A DNA stretch of 64,000 nt from Deltaproteobacteria bacterium. GTDB lineage: Bacteria; Myxococcota_A; Polyangia; Fen-1088. The DNA is taken from contig JANRKS010000024.1 in the NCBI GenBank assembly GCA_033763315.1, positions 32,001-96,000 on the forward strand, given 5' to 3'. The notes under the pieces were generated by a model. The model searched no databases, was not told where the DNA came from, and saw only the letters and a list, made by a program, of their open reading frames with translations. The position numbers and the translations under genes are program-made. This document shows positions 20,602 through 30,727 of this stretch, piece after piece (position 1 is the stretch's first letter; each line of letters opens with the position of its first letter).

Positions 20602-21897
20602 ATGAATTTTCGTAGCGGTATCCGGATTGCCTCGCAGCGCATCGAGGCCCTGCCCCTGTGGGCGTGCACGCTCTGGATCGCGCTGTTGATTGCCCTAAGA
20701 AATCCGCTGCCGCTCGTTCGCGCCGAACTGTGGGCAGAGGACGGCGTGTACTTTTTTCAGGGCTGGTGGGAACAGGGGATTCGAAGCGTATGGACTCCGG
20801 TAACCGGTTATCACCTGCTGTTGTCGCGGCTTGTGGCTTGGCTTTCGGGCACAATGTTTCCGATCGTTGCCATTCCCTACGCTTACGCGGTTGCCGCACT
20901 TGCGATAAACGCTTTCTGCATGGCTTATCTGGTGCGACCAGGCTTTGCATGGATCTTTCCGTCTCGAGTCGGCCGACTCTTCGTTGCGTGTCTCATAGCG
21001 TCGGGACCGGGAACGTCAGAGGTATTTCTGAATTTGGCGAACCTTCAGGCAGGGTTGACATGGCTGGGCGTGCTCTTGCTGCTGGAACAGCCTTGGAACC
21101 TAAGTCGGCCGAAGATTTTCGTTCTTGTTGCTGTCTTCCTCTCAACAGGCAGTGCGTTCGTCTTGGGGCCTATACTCGTGTATTTGCTCTTCGTCACGCG
21201 CCGTCGAAGCTACTTTTATCTGCTGCTTCTGCTGGCAGCCGTTCTTGCAGTGAACGCCCTTAGCCACTCAAAATCGATGGCCTCATTCACGGGGTACGAA
21301 AACGTTCCGAAGGTGCCGGAAATTGTTTTGAGCAACTTCGCCCTACGCTTCTTTCTTGTACCTTTCTTCGGTGAACAGGGAGCTTTGCCGGTCTTCAAAA
21401 GCGGCTTCCTTGCCTTCTGGTCCGTGTGCGCGGGGCCCGCCATCGTCGCCGGCATTGTCTTCCAAAAAAGCAGCTGGCCGGTGAAAGAGAAACTGACCTT
21501 TACGGTCGTAGCCATCGCCGCGTCGCTGATGTTGGGTGCCATCGCCCTGACCCGCGCGTACAGCGTGCCGCTCCTCGTTCGCGGTACTGGACACGTCCTA
21601 TGGGACGTTCGCTATTCATTCCTCCCAGGAGCGGTGGCACTGCTCTACTGGACGGCGGCCCTTTTGCGGTTCCGTTCGCTCGGATCGTACGCGGCCGTCG
21701 CTCTCATCTGCTTTAACATACTCACGCACTGGCGGAACGTCCCGATCCGTCCCGACTTGGACTGGCCGGAGATGGCGCAAAACATCGAGAGCCTGTTGCG
21801 AGAAAAGTCCGCGGGCAACCTAACGGAAACAAGGGCGCTTGAGATCAAACTGCAGCCCCCGGCCTTCGGTCCGATGAAACTAACAGTGACTCCGTAA
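20602..21897 (+). CDS. Polytopic membrane protein, putative GT-C (GtrII-like) glycosyltransferase
   Basis: LWAEDG acidic motif after TM1, GYHLLLSRL, about 10-11 TMs, late RY motif. Confidence 0.6.
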   Translation: MNFRSGIRIASQRIEALPLWACTLWIALLIALRNPLPLVRAELWAEDGVYFFQGWWEQGIRSVWTPVTGYHLLLSRLVAWLSGTMFPIVAIPYAYAVAALAINAFCMAYLVRPGFAWIFPSRVGRLFVACLIASGPGTSEVFLNLANLQAGLTWLGVLLLLEQPWNLSRPKIFVLVAVFLSTGSAFVLGPILVYLLFVTRRRSYFYLLLLLAAVLAVNALSHSKSMASFTGYENVPKVPEIVLSNFALRFFLVPFFGEQGALPVFKSGFLAFWSVCAGPAIVAGIVFQKSSWPVKEKLTFTVVAIAASLMLGAIALTRAYSVPLLVRGTGHVLWDVRYSFLPGAVALLYWTAALLRFRSLGSYAAVALICFNILTHWRNVPIRPDLDWPEMAQNIESLLREKSAGNLTETRALEIKLQPPAFGPMKLTVTP

Positions 21898-21952
21898 CCG
21901 CATCAAGGCGAGCGGCCATGTCGCTTGATTTGTCGAGGCGAAAAAACATTCA

Positions 21953-22819
21953 TCACCCGCGCCGCCACAGGGACTTGGCCACCCGCGCGGCGTGCTTCAA
22001 CCGTGTGCGGGCGTGGCGCGGGTAGCCTTTCGCCAGAAGGAACGCAGAATATGTCAGTCCTTCCATGGCGGCGATTAACCTCGTAGCCCTCGACGAACGC
22101 ATCTCAATGGTGAAGTCGGCGTCGGACGAGGCGATGCTTTCCCATCGCTCAAGCGAAACGGACGCCATGTCTCTTATCGATAGAGTGTGTTCCACCACGA
22201 CATCAAGAATGAACAGGTGTTTGCCAGAGGCGTAAGCATCGGCGCAGAACCAAAAATCAACCGCATCGAGCCGATAATGCTTTGGGTATCCGCCTCGTTG
22301 CCGCAAATGCCCGACCCGCACAAACATGCCCGAGTTTATGGCCACAATCTCTTCGCGTACGGGCCCGCTTGAACTCGCGGCAACATTGAGTCTTGGCCGG
22401 CTAAAGATAAATCGCTTCGGAGAACTGATGCGACCTTTGATGCGCACTTTCGGCACAAAGGCCACACAGTCCGATGTTGCGCTGGAAAGGCACTTGTTAA
22501 ACTGAAGAAGGTAATCCTGCGGTATGGAGCTGTCCTGGTCTAGCAGCAGCAGCCATTCGATGGATCGTTCTTCACAAAAGCCCAAGGCGAAATTGTATGC
22601 ACTGACCAGGCCTCCATTTAGGGGGTCATGATGGTAATGCTCCAAAGCCTCGACGGTGCCCGCGGGTAAAGGCTGCGGACTGTTGTCGTAAACGATGAGC
22701 TGCACCGCAATGCCTGCACGAGCACAAGCCTTCTTGAAGCTCCGATAACTTTCGGATTCTTCAAGCGAGCACTTGTACAAGACTAAGACGGCTGCAAGAG
22801 ACAGATTATGCATTGGCAT
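21953..22819 (-). CDS. GT2 glycosyltransferase, paralogue of 16062..16925
   Basis: VLVLY, VYDNSP, NGGLVSAYN, WLLLLDQDS, AINSG, VEHTLS. Confidence 0.85.
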   Translation of the reverse strand: MPMHNLSLAAVLVLYKCSLEESESYRSFKKACARAGIAVQLIVYDNSPQPLPAGTVEALEHYHHDPLNGGLVSAYNFALGFCEERSIEWLLLLDQDSSIPQDYLLQFNKCLSSATSDCVAFVPKVRIKGRISSPKRFIFSRPRLNVAASSSGPVREEIVAINSGMFVRVGHLRQRGGYPKHYRLDAVDFWFCADAYASGKHLFILDVVVEHTLSIRDMASVSLERWESIASSDADFTIEMRSSRATRLIAAMEGLTYSAFLLAKGYPRHARTRLKHAARVAKSLWRRG

Positions 22820-22832
22820 ATGAAAAGGTCTC

Positions 22833-24671
22833 TCAAAAGCATTTATGACATAGAGACTGAGGCGTGGGTTTCCACCTCACCCGGTACGTTTCACACGAAG
22901 CGCCACCGCGCGACAATTCAGCTCGCCAGTTCTCCAACTCCGCCGCAGGTCCATTGGGGAATGCATCGTGCTCCGGGGAAACCCAAAACACGCAATGGCC
23001 GGGCGAACGATCAGGCGGAAAAAAGGCCTGTATGCTCGTGTGGTAACCCAAAGAGCCATTCATGAAACTGAAGAATGGAAAATTGTTGGTCAGGTAGCCG
23101 CCAAAGGTCGCGTGATTCTTGGCGAGGAGGCCAACGATCTTCCTCGTCGCAGCGCGATCAGATAAAGGGCGAAGCATGGAATAGACAGGGCCACGTCCAT
23201 CCACTCTTTCTTCATAGGAAGGCACATACCTGAAGAACACCTGCTTCCACGCCTGAGGTGCGAATCTTACGGCCGTGAACACTACCAAGGCAGCCATGAT
23301 TTCCGGCACAACTGTTTGCCACCTCGTTCGAGAAATCAGACTGCGGGCATTGGCCACAAGAGCGCCCGCCGCGTGGCTTGCGATGACGACTGCAGCACCA
23401 ACGAGCATGCAGCAGGCAAGGAACTGATACTTATTGATGTAGTAGTATTTCGTCGCAATCGACTGAAAATACGCTGTAGCGGCAGCATTGGCGGCAGCAA
23501 AAGCTAAGGGAAATCGGACGGCTCTGAAGAATCCGCTCGTGCCGAAAGACTCGACGGCCTCTTTGTCTGAGCCTCGCAGAAGCGTAGCTGCCACCAGAGA
23601 GGCAACAAGGAGGCATAGGTGCACGGAAAGGAGTTGAGGCACGGAGTGCTGAGCGAGACCGCCCCAAAGGGAGAAAAGCGGTTCCAGCGCGTCGAAACCT
23701 AAGTAAGCGGCTACTCCCGCGCCCACTGCCGCTATGGCGTTCACAGCCCGCCGCGTGTCACACGCGACATCCACGAGACAGACCAGTGCAACGGCTGCGG
23801 CAGCGTCACCTAGATTCAATCCATAGCAGTATCTCAAGAACCCAAGGCCACATACGAGGCCTACGGCGCGTCCCGTAGGTGATTTTATGAGAGCGTCAGC
23901 GACCCAGATGGTGCAAAGGCCAACCAACGCGAAGACTTGCGGGTAGAACCCCATGCCCTGCAGGTAGTGCAGCGCAATGAGGGCACCACCGTCGAGGAGG
24001 CGCGCGCCTACAAAGGCCACGGCGAGCAAGGCCGCAGCCACCGCCAAAGGCCGTCCTGTGAAGCTTTGGCGAATCGAATTCACTGTGACGAACGCAATCG
24101 TTGCGGCAAACATCCCGATGGCAAAGTGAAAGCTAAGAGCCACGGACCAAAAACCATCAAAGCCCAACGACTGCGCCCAATGTGCAAAAGAATACTGAGC
24201 AACGAATCCAAAGTACTCGGCTGGATTGTCATTGATGAACCGGTCAATAACAAACGCGTGGGTACCGCCGTCCCATCCGTCAATGTTTGGAAAGCCGGCG
24301 AAGTCTGAGTTCCAAAGACGCCATACGGCGAACGTGGGTAAAGCCAGAACGCAGAGTTCCCAACCCAGCGACTGCAGCACCCATCTGATGGACCAAGCTT
24401 GTGCCCACTTTCGCCGGGCTCGAAGGGCGAGCATCCCCAACCCAACAATCATAGGAAGAGCGCTGACAGCGAGGCAAAGCGATGCGTTCCAATGGGAGAG
24501 GGCCCGCATCGGCCCACTGAGCCACAGGGGAGAAGTGATCAGCATCGTCAAAGGGAAAAGGACGGTTGCGCCTTCCGTCTCCCCTAGCGTGAATATTTTC
24601 CGAATGGGTGACATAACCTTCGCGGCGAAGGGCGCTAGAAATGAGCGGAATTGAGGCTCGATCGATGACAC
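22833..24671 (-). CDS. Polytopic membrane protein, possible GT-C-type transferase
   Basis: More than 12 hydrophobic segments; loop motif WDGGTH; GFYPQ; YYINKY; small Cys-containing C-terminal domain. Confidence 0.5.
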   Translation of the reverse strand: MSSIEPQFRSFLAPFAAKVMSPIRKIFTLGETEGATVLFPLTMLITSPLWLSGPMRALSHWNASLCLAVSALPMIVGLGMLALRARRKWAQAWSIRWVLQSLGWELCVLALPTFAVWRLWNSDFAGFPNIDGWDGGTHAFVIDRFINDNPAEYFGFVAQYSFAHWAQSLGFDGFWSVALSFHFAIGMFAATIAFVTVNSIRQSFTGRPLAVAAALLAVAFVGARLLDGGALIALHYLQGMGFYPQVFALVGLCTIWVADALIKSPTGRAVGLVCGLGFLRYCYGLNLGDAAAAVALVCLVDVACDTRRAVNAIAAVGAGVAAYLGFDALEPLFSLWGGLAQHSVPQLLSVHLCLLVASLVAATLLRGSDKEAVESFGTSGFFRAVRFPLAFAAANAAATAYFQSIATKYYYINKYQFLACCMLVGAAVVIASHAAGALVANARSLISRTRWQTVVPEIMAALVVFTAVRFAPQAWKQVFFRYVPSYEERVDGRGPVYSMLRPLSDRAATRKIVGLLAKNHATFGGYLTNNFPFFSFMNGSLGYHTSIQAFFPPDRSPGHCVFWVSPEHDAFPNGPAAELENWRAELSRGGASCETYRVRWKPTPQSLCHKCF

Positions 24672-24808
24672 GAGGGATCAGTTCTCTGCGAAGGTGACAG
24701 CGCGACCGGGCACATGGGCAAAACGATCGACTTGTCACCCTTACCCGGGACTGGCCGGCACTTCAATCCTCCTGATTGCGGCTTCGCAACATTCGCACAC
24801 GGAAATTG

Positions 24809-26596
24809 CTAAAGTTTTCGTCCCCGGAACAGCCCGTCATTGTCGCGATCAATCAAAATGGGACTGGTCGTGGCGAACGCAGGCATTCCGGGCTCCTCGC
24901 CAGCTCGCGGGACGCATTTTGAACGTCCATACTCGAGTGCGGAGGTGTACTGCCCCACCAACTGGGGAGGCAGGATCGCCGCGCTGTCGGTTTCCAACGT
25001 GAGGGCGGCATCTGCGGCTGGCAGTTGCACAACCGCATCCTTTCGAAAATCGATGGCTTTGCCTTCGCTGCCGATGGTCCACGATTCAACCACCTGGCCA
25101 TCCACAAGAAGGCGGGCGGTCTGCACGCTCACCCAATTCGCCGCTTGAACCCGTACCGCCACAGTGATGGCAGGCGCATTTGTGGACAGGAACTCGCCCT
25201 CACCGATAGCTCCCACTCGCAGACTTAGCAGAGCCGCCGTTGAAGCTGACGTCCTGCGGGCACGAACACCGTCAACGAGGGCCGCCATGTTCATCTTGGC
25301 GTCGCCGCCTTGCTTTGCGCGAATCCAGGTTCTGGGGTAGCCCGGGACCATTCCGCCAGTGTAGTGGCTGTCAGAACCAGCCACGGCGGCCGTAACGAAG
25401 CCAAATCTCATCAAGGCCAGCCATGTGTCAGTTGCAACCCTGATGCGCGAACTGCACACCTGCCAGGCATTGAGGACCTCAAAGCCGTCAAAGTCCTGCG
25501 AACACGGCGGCGGCGTAAGCAGATCGCCTTTCGCCCAATCACCACAAGAGCCGCTATCAAAATACGCACTCCAGCCAAGCCGCGGGTGGTTCACGATCAG
25601 CAGCGGCTTGGACGTAAGCGCGCGCACGTTAGCGAATAAGCTGGGAGCCGTTGATGAGATTGCAGGAGCTCCCCCTCTCGGCTTCCTTACGTCAACGGGC
25701 AAAGGAAATACACCGAAGTGACCGGCCGGGCCACCGACCTCTTGCCCACTCAAGGCGACGATGGGCCGTGTTGCCTGGGGCCAAAGAGTGGCCACGAGGG
25801 GAGCAGGGTCGAGCAAAGCATCGTGGTTCGAAAGCACAACGACATCAAGGCCATTGACAGCCGACACCTTCAATTGTGAGGACGGATCCGTCCCAGAGTC
25901 ATTGGACTCCGGCTTATTGTGCACGTGGAGATCGGCAGAGATGTATTCAGCAGAGTCAACAGTGCGCTGTAAAGGCACGACCAATGATACCTCTCCACGA
26001 TCGGGGCTAACGTCTACACGCGTGACGTAGGAGTCAAACTCTGGCCCATGCGTGACCTCAAGCTCTAGATTACCAAAGGGCACCTGAGACTGTGTCATCG
26101 TCTTGCCGGACACATCACGGTGGGTCCACGGTTTGCCCACCATGACCGTGCCTTCACCCTTCCAGAAAGCGAGGCCATGCAAGAAGGCGAACACACCCGG
26201 ACGCTTCGGATCTAGCTCTTTGGCAGATTCGGCTTGACCCCATGCAGGGAGATCAGTGAAGTTGCCAAACTTGACTGGCAAGCCTCCGCTATCACGGAAC
26301 GTGACCAAAGCGGGCAAAAGTGCTCCTGTTTGTGCATCAACCACCTTGATTTTGAGGCGCGTAGCGCGAAGAGCGCTGGCGTCGGACGCACGATCATGGC
26401 AGCCGAAACTCGCGACACACAATCCGCTGAGAACAATGCCAGGCACCCAGAGCCTCCTAACGACGACTGCAAGGTTCGGCCACATATCAAGTGAGTCTAC
26501 TACGGCTAAGGGGCATGCGTCCGTGGGAAACAGGCGCTTAACAACAACTGTCACAGGGGTCACAACGCGATGAAGTGACTTCATTTTGCACGGCAA
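24809..26596 (-). CDS. Exported PHP-fold metallohydrolase (CehA/McbA-like)
   Basis: ADLHVH, SNHD, GHFG, NHPR, FEVLN, GSDSH metal motifs; lipobox-like VASFGC. True start is likely about 26446-26485. Confidence 0.75.
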   Translation of the reverse strand: MPCKMKSLHRVVTPVTVVVKRLFPTDACPLAVVDSLDMWPNLAVVVRRLWVPGIVLSGLCVASFGCHDRASDASALRATRLKIKVVDAQTGALLPALVTFRDSGGLPVKFGNFTDLPAWGQAESAKELDPKRPGVFAFLHGLAFWKGEGTVMVGKPWTHRDVSGKTMTQSQVPFGNLELEVTHGPEFDSYVTRVDVSPDRGEVSLVVPLQRTVDSAEYISADLHVHNKPESNDSGTDPSSQLKVSAVNGLDVVVLSNHDALLDPAPLVATLWPQATRPIVALSGQEVGGPAGHFGVFPLPVDVRKPRGGAPAISSTAPSLFANVRALTSKPLLIVNHPRLGWSAYFDSGSCGDWAKGDLLTPPPCSQDFDGFEVLNAWQVCSSRIRVATDTWLALMRFGFVTAAVAGSDSHYTGGMVPGYPRTWIRAKQGGDAKMNMAALVDGVRARRTSASTAALLSLRVGAIGEGEFLSTNAPAITVAVRVQAANWVSVQTARLLVDGQVVESWTIGSEGKAIDFRKDAVVQLPAADAALTLETDSAAILPPQLVGQYTSALEYGRSKCVPRAGEEPGMPAFATTSPILIDRDNDGLFRGRKL

Positions 26597-26643
26597 GCGA
26601 GACGTCCCGGCAGGGCGCGCGGTTCACCCAACCCGAAAAGCGA

Positions 26644-29532
26644 TCAATACAGTGTCAGGGAATCCAACAACAGGGTGCCCGATGGCTTTGGAATGGTAAT
26701 GCGGACTTCTTCCTCCGCTTCAACGCGAATGCCCTGAACGTAAGGCACTAAGACTTGAGCGTTTGCCGGGATAATCACGTTCGCCAAAGCTGTCCAACTC
26801 TGCCCTTGTGCTCGCTTTTCTACGACAACGTAATCCGCACCCGTCGAGCCTCCCTCTAGGCCGAAGAACGAAAAGGGTCCTCTCCACGGTCCCCAAACGA
26901 TCGAAGCGTGAGGGTCGACGTCAACGCCAAATGTATTGAGGAGCTTTCCGCCGCCGCCTCCGATGAATGGCGGCTGACCCTCACGCATGCCCGCTGCTGT
27001 CCATTGAGAAGGCGAGCTGCGTACAAACAGCAATTGGTCGTCATGACCCTCGAAATTGGCCCTGGCTGGTTTTGTGACCGGCCGAGGATCGGTGGCGCAT
27101 TGGCCGTTTAGCAATGCAGATCTCCTCAATCCCAAAGCATGCGTTGAATCACAGAACACTGATTCATTGGCAACGCCCTCGTCGTCCGGCCAACTCCACA
27201 ATAGGCTGTACTTGAACCGCCTCGCTCCGTAGTGCAGACGCGCAGCCGTCGTAATCGTTGTGCGGCTTGGTTCGCCTGTCCTGAGAACCACCCATGCCAA
27301 TGTCTCCAACGAATGGAGGCCGCCACCCGCAACGGATCGGAGTCGCTCCACGCGGTCTGCGCGTTTGCGCGTTCGCGTCTCCCCCAAGAATGCGGCCGCA
27401 CTGGCCATCTCGTATCGTTCAATGTCCGTGGGGGCTGATTCGGCGAGTTCATCTGCTTCTGCGGCCCAAACGGCGCCTTTGCCGGCCACCCAGCTTCGCT
27501 CGCACACTTCGGCCAAGAATGCCACGCCCCGCACCCTTGCCACCCCAGGGCTTAGCTCAAGTACTTCATGCGGATCACAGTCACAGGGCCCACTGAGGCC
27601 TGCCATTCGATACAACGGTGCCCGCGCCCAGTAGGACAGCGCCGAGCAATCCCGCTTCGACTCGACGGGCGCCTTTAGCGTGACATCGGAATCAGACAAA
27701 CTGAGCGGGAAGTCATGAGGCTGCACAACCGCCTTACCCATCAACCAGGTGCCTCGTGGCGGCGCCTTCAGAAATATGCCGTCATCCCAAACGACCGGGA
27801 TAGAGGTACCTTTCGAGGTGGACCAAGCGAGGTTGGGGAAGACAAGGTCGTCCTTAGCACGACAGTGAACGAACACGACCACGCTCCCATTGTCCATCGC
27901 AACAGTAGAGACTCCATACCCCACGGCTCCGCCAGCATCGAACGCCTTGGCCATCATTGGCGGGGCGGCTCCGCCAATCAGATCTTCACGCAACAAAGTG
28001 AGCGGCCCCAAGAACATCTTGCCTAGCTGTGCATCAGCCAGCTCTCGATAAAGGTAGGGAGCGAGAGGCAGATTTTGAAAAGGAGTCGCACCAAGCCACC
28101 CGCCGTGCAAGTGAACGGAATCAGGACGGCGCTCTAGCATCAGGTAATCCGTGAGTGACGTGGGATGTCTGGTCCAGCCAAGCGCCAAGGTGCGATCCGT
28201 AAGGCCTGCAAGATCAATTATGTCGAGACCTGAGCGAAACGAAGTGCCCCCAACATCCACATCGGCATGCAGCAGGCGCCGCTTCAAACCAAGGTCGTGC
28301 GCAAATTGGCGATAAGGGGGCGCAACCCCACTTATGCGCTGGTAAGACAGATCGCGTGGCTTGGAAATGCTGATCGCACGTTGTTCCCAACCCGGCGGCA
28401 CGAGCGAAAGCAAGAGTATGCTCGCGCTTACGCCTAGTGCGACGACTACGTCTCGGCAAAAGGTTCCGCGGACAGACCCTGATGTTGCTAGTTGTTCTGC
28501 GATGGCTAAGACGCCCAGAGAGGAAAGAGCAACCAGAAGGCCCAAGGCGGGTTGAATGAAGCGAAACTCCAGCATCCAATCGCCTCCCGAGTGAATCGGG
28601 AAGAAGAAGGCCCAAGCGACCGATAGCCAGCCCGCGATTGCCACCGGCAGCAGCCTCTTGTTCGCGAGCGCAAGCACTGGAAGTGGCGAAACAAAATACC
28701 ACCACCGCTGCGTCACAAAATCTTTCACATAGTTCATGCCTCGCGCCGGATCGCTGACGGGCGAAATCTTGGCCCAATAGGTGTTTGGAACGACGTCGTG
28801 AAAGTACAGCCAACGAAAGCCAATCAGTGCCACAACCATGGTGGCAAAGATCACTCCGGCGCGTAGACGCGGCTTCAGGACGAAGAATGCGGCGGTGGCG
28901 AGCACGCCGCCGTAAACCACAGCTTCGGGGCGGCACCATGCAAGGAGGCCGCAGGCGATGCCTACGAGCCATGGCCGCAGGCCGGAAGAATTGGGCCAAG
29001 CCAGCAGTGCAAGGGCCGTCACCTGCAGCCCTGCAAGGATGCCTCCCTCGAGCCCCGCGAAGCTCCAGTAGTTGAAGGTCGGCCACAGCAAAGCAAACCA
29101 AAAGGGCGCTGGCGCCAGCAGCACCCAAGAGCCCTTCGCATGCTTGAGCACCAGCAGAGAAAGCAGAGTAAAGCCGACCAGCACGAATGCGAGATTCAGG
29201 CTCTTCGAAACCACGTCCAGGTTGGCGTTGAGCGCTGCGGCGGGCGCTAAGAGCAGTACTTGAAGAAAGTTTGAGAAGCCTTCAACGGGGGCTTCACCTT
29301 GTGTTAAACGGAGGCCGTGGCCATGGGCAAGGTTGTCGGCATACGAATACGTTATCGCGGCGTCGTCGATCGTTTCGGCCCAGAAGTGAGTAAGGACGTG
29401 CCGGATATATGAGACGGCGACCCAACATGTGAACACGCCCGCAAGGGCTCGGCCGAGTTTCGGCGCCAATACAGCGAAGCGCACGCGCCCACGGACAAAT
29501 GTTAGGTTAAGGGCCTTGACCCGCGAAAGCAT
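26644..29532 (-). CDS. Large GT-C-type membrane glycosyltransferase (arabinofuranosyltransferase-like N-terminus) with long C-terminal extension
   Basis: IDDAAITYSYADNLAHGHGL, VEGFSNFL, GLEG, RPE, PNTYWAK, GGDWM...RF, IIDLAGLTD. Confidence 0.7.
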   Translation of the reverse strand: MLSRVKALNLTFVRGRVRFAVLAPKLGRALAGVFTCWVAVSYIRHVLTHFWAETIDDAAITYSYADNLAHGHGLRLTQGEAPVEGFSNFLQVLLLAPAAALNANLDVVSKSLNLAFVLVGFTLLSLLVLKHAKGSWVLLAPAPFWFALLWPTFNYWSFAGLEGGILAGLQVTALALLAWPNSSGLRPWLVGIACGLLAWCRPEAVVYGGVLATAAFFVLKPRLRAGVIFATMVVALIGFRWLYFHDVVPNTYWAKISPVSDPARGMNYVKDFVTQRWWYFVSPLPVLALANKRLLPVAIAGWLSVAWAFFFPIHSGGDWMLEFRFIQPALGLLVALSSLGVLAIAEQLATSGSVRGTFCRDVVVALGVSASILLLSLVPPGWEQRAISISKPRDLSYQRISGVAPPYRQFAHDLGLKRRLLHADVDVGGTSFRSGLDIIDLAGLTDRTLALGWTRHPTSLTDYLMLERRPDSVHLHGGWLGATPFQNLPLAPYLYRELADAQLGKMFLGPLTLLREDLIGGAAPPMMAKAFDAGGAVGYGVSTVAMDNGSVVVFVHCRAKDDLVFPNLAWSTSKGTSIPVVWDDGIFLKAPPRGTWLMGKAVVQPHDFPLSLSDSDVTLKAPVESKRDCSALSYWARAPLYRMAGLSGPCDCDPHEVLELSPGVARVRGVAFLAEVCERSWVAGKGAVWAAEADELAESAPTDIERYEMASAAAFLGETRTRKRADRVERLRSVAGGGLHSLETLAWVVLRTGEPSRTTITTAARLHYGARRFKYSLLWSWPDDEGVANESVFCDSTHALGLRRSALLNGQCATDPRPVTKPARANFEGHDDQLLFVRSSPSQWTAAGMREGQPPFIGGGGGKLLNTFGVDVDPHASIVWGPWRGPFSFFGLEGGSTGADYVVVEKRAQGQSWTALANVIIPANAQVLVPYVQGIRVEAEEEVRITIPKPSGTLLLDSLTLY

Positions 29533-29853
29533 TCCGGCAGCAAACTACGGCAAGAGGTACGGCGGTGCAAATGTTCGCGCGGTACGACGCGCCTGAAGTA
29601 GGAAGAAACGAGCCCGAATCGTCCTTGAGAACTCTGCTCATCGGCGTAATCCGTGGTCGCCTTTATCATGTCGAACCGAGGCCACGTAATAAAAATAGTA
29701 GCTCAGGAAGTCTGCGGCGAATGAAACAAAGCCTTGATTCACCGGAGTAGCTGAGACCGCGTATGCGATGGCGCTTTGGGTGTGGACTTCGGTGGACCCA
29801 TCGTTGATGGGTCATACAGGACCCGCTGCCAACAAGTCATAGTCGTGTACAGC

Positions 29854-30612
29854 TCATAAAATCGTGCCGATCGCGGCCAAATACCGAGGTCCCGTCCCGT
29901 AGTATTTCTGGGCTCCTTCGATATCCGATTCACTCAACCAGGGATGAGCGCGGCTATTGCTATTGCAATAGTTCATGATCGAATCTGCATCCCAATCGCC
30001 ATAGGTCTCGGTTCCATTCGAGCCTTGTGGAGCACGATTGCAAGTGGCTGGCGTATCTGGACGATTCTGTTCATGTGCGAACGCGAGGATATGACCGAAC
30101 TCATGTATAGCGATTGCTTCCATGCATGTTCGGTAGGTCTCCTCGGGATGACCTGTGCCGCAATAGCCTGCTTCCTGTTTGAAGTTCAATCTCATCGTCG
30201 TGCCGAGGAGCGCCTCTAAGCCCCGCACAACGGCGGGATGTAAGTCGTCGCCTACGGTAATTTGGACATCCGCCCCAAGAAGTCCGCACTTGTCCCATCC
30301 AACGAAGCGCACATTGGCCACAAATGACCACGAATCTTCAGCGGCCATCTTGACCCACTGGTGAACTTCGGGATGTTGAGCATCGAAATTGTTCCAACAC
30401 ACTGAAATAGTCTCTTGATGCCAGATGCCTGGCGCATCGACGTATAGACCTTGACTACGTTCGGGATCACTGGGCCCTTCAACAGGCTCGAAAGAAACAC
30501 CTTCGCAGGCCACTCCTAGGACAAGGGATAGCAGCGCGATGAATCTTTCCGATTTATGGCATAGCGGTCGTCTATGTTCTGAATGAGACTTTGTCATCGG
30601 CATCGACCTCAC
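29854..30612 (-). CDS. Exported metzincin zinc metalloprotease (matrixin/astacin-like); candidate A subunit
   Basis: HEFGHILAFAHEQNRPD (HExxHxxxxxH) and Met-turn SIMNYC; hydrophobic N-terminus ending LGVAC; C-terminus YLAAIGTIL. Confidence 0.85.
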   Translation of the reverse strand: MRSMPMTKSHSEHRRPLCHKSERFIALLSLVLGVACEGVSFEPVEGPSDPERSQGLYVDAPGIWHQETISVCWNNFDAQHPEVHQWVKMAAEDSWSFVANVRFVGWDKCGLLGADVQITVGDDLHPAVVRGLEALLGTTMRLNFKQEAGYCGTGHPEETYRTCMEAIAIHEFGHILAFAHEQNRPDTPATCNRAPQGSNGTETYGDWDADSIMNYCNSNSRAHPWLSESDIEGAQKYYGTGPRYLAAIGTIL

Positions 30613-30683
30613 TTGGTTGTGCTCGTTGCTCTGTGCTCGGGCGCGTGTTTTGCTTTGTCGACCCGGCGACCGACCCGGCGCAA

Positions 30684-30714
30684 ACAGAGGCCGGCCGGTG
30701 CGGCCAGCCTCTGT
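30684..30714 (-). terminator. Stem-loop, probable weak intrinsic terminator after the PLC gene
   Basis: Minus strand ACAGAGGCTGGCC-GCACC-GGCCGGCCTCTGT, followed by only a short U run. Confidence 0.55.
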
Positions 30715-30727
30715 CGTGCTACTGTGA

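Noticed and set aside
28214-29128. Long same-strand alternate-frame ORFs (also 14502..15341, 38186..39352, 49194..50282)
   Set aside because: Arg/Ala-rich without motifs and fully nested in better-supported genes.
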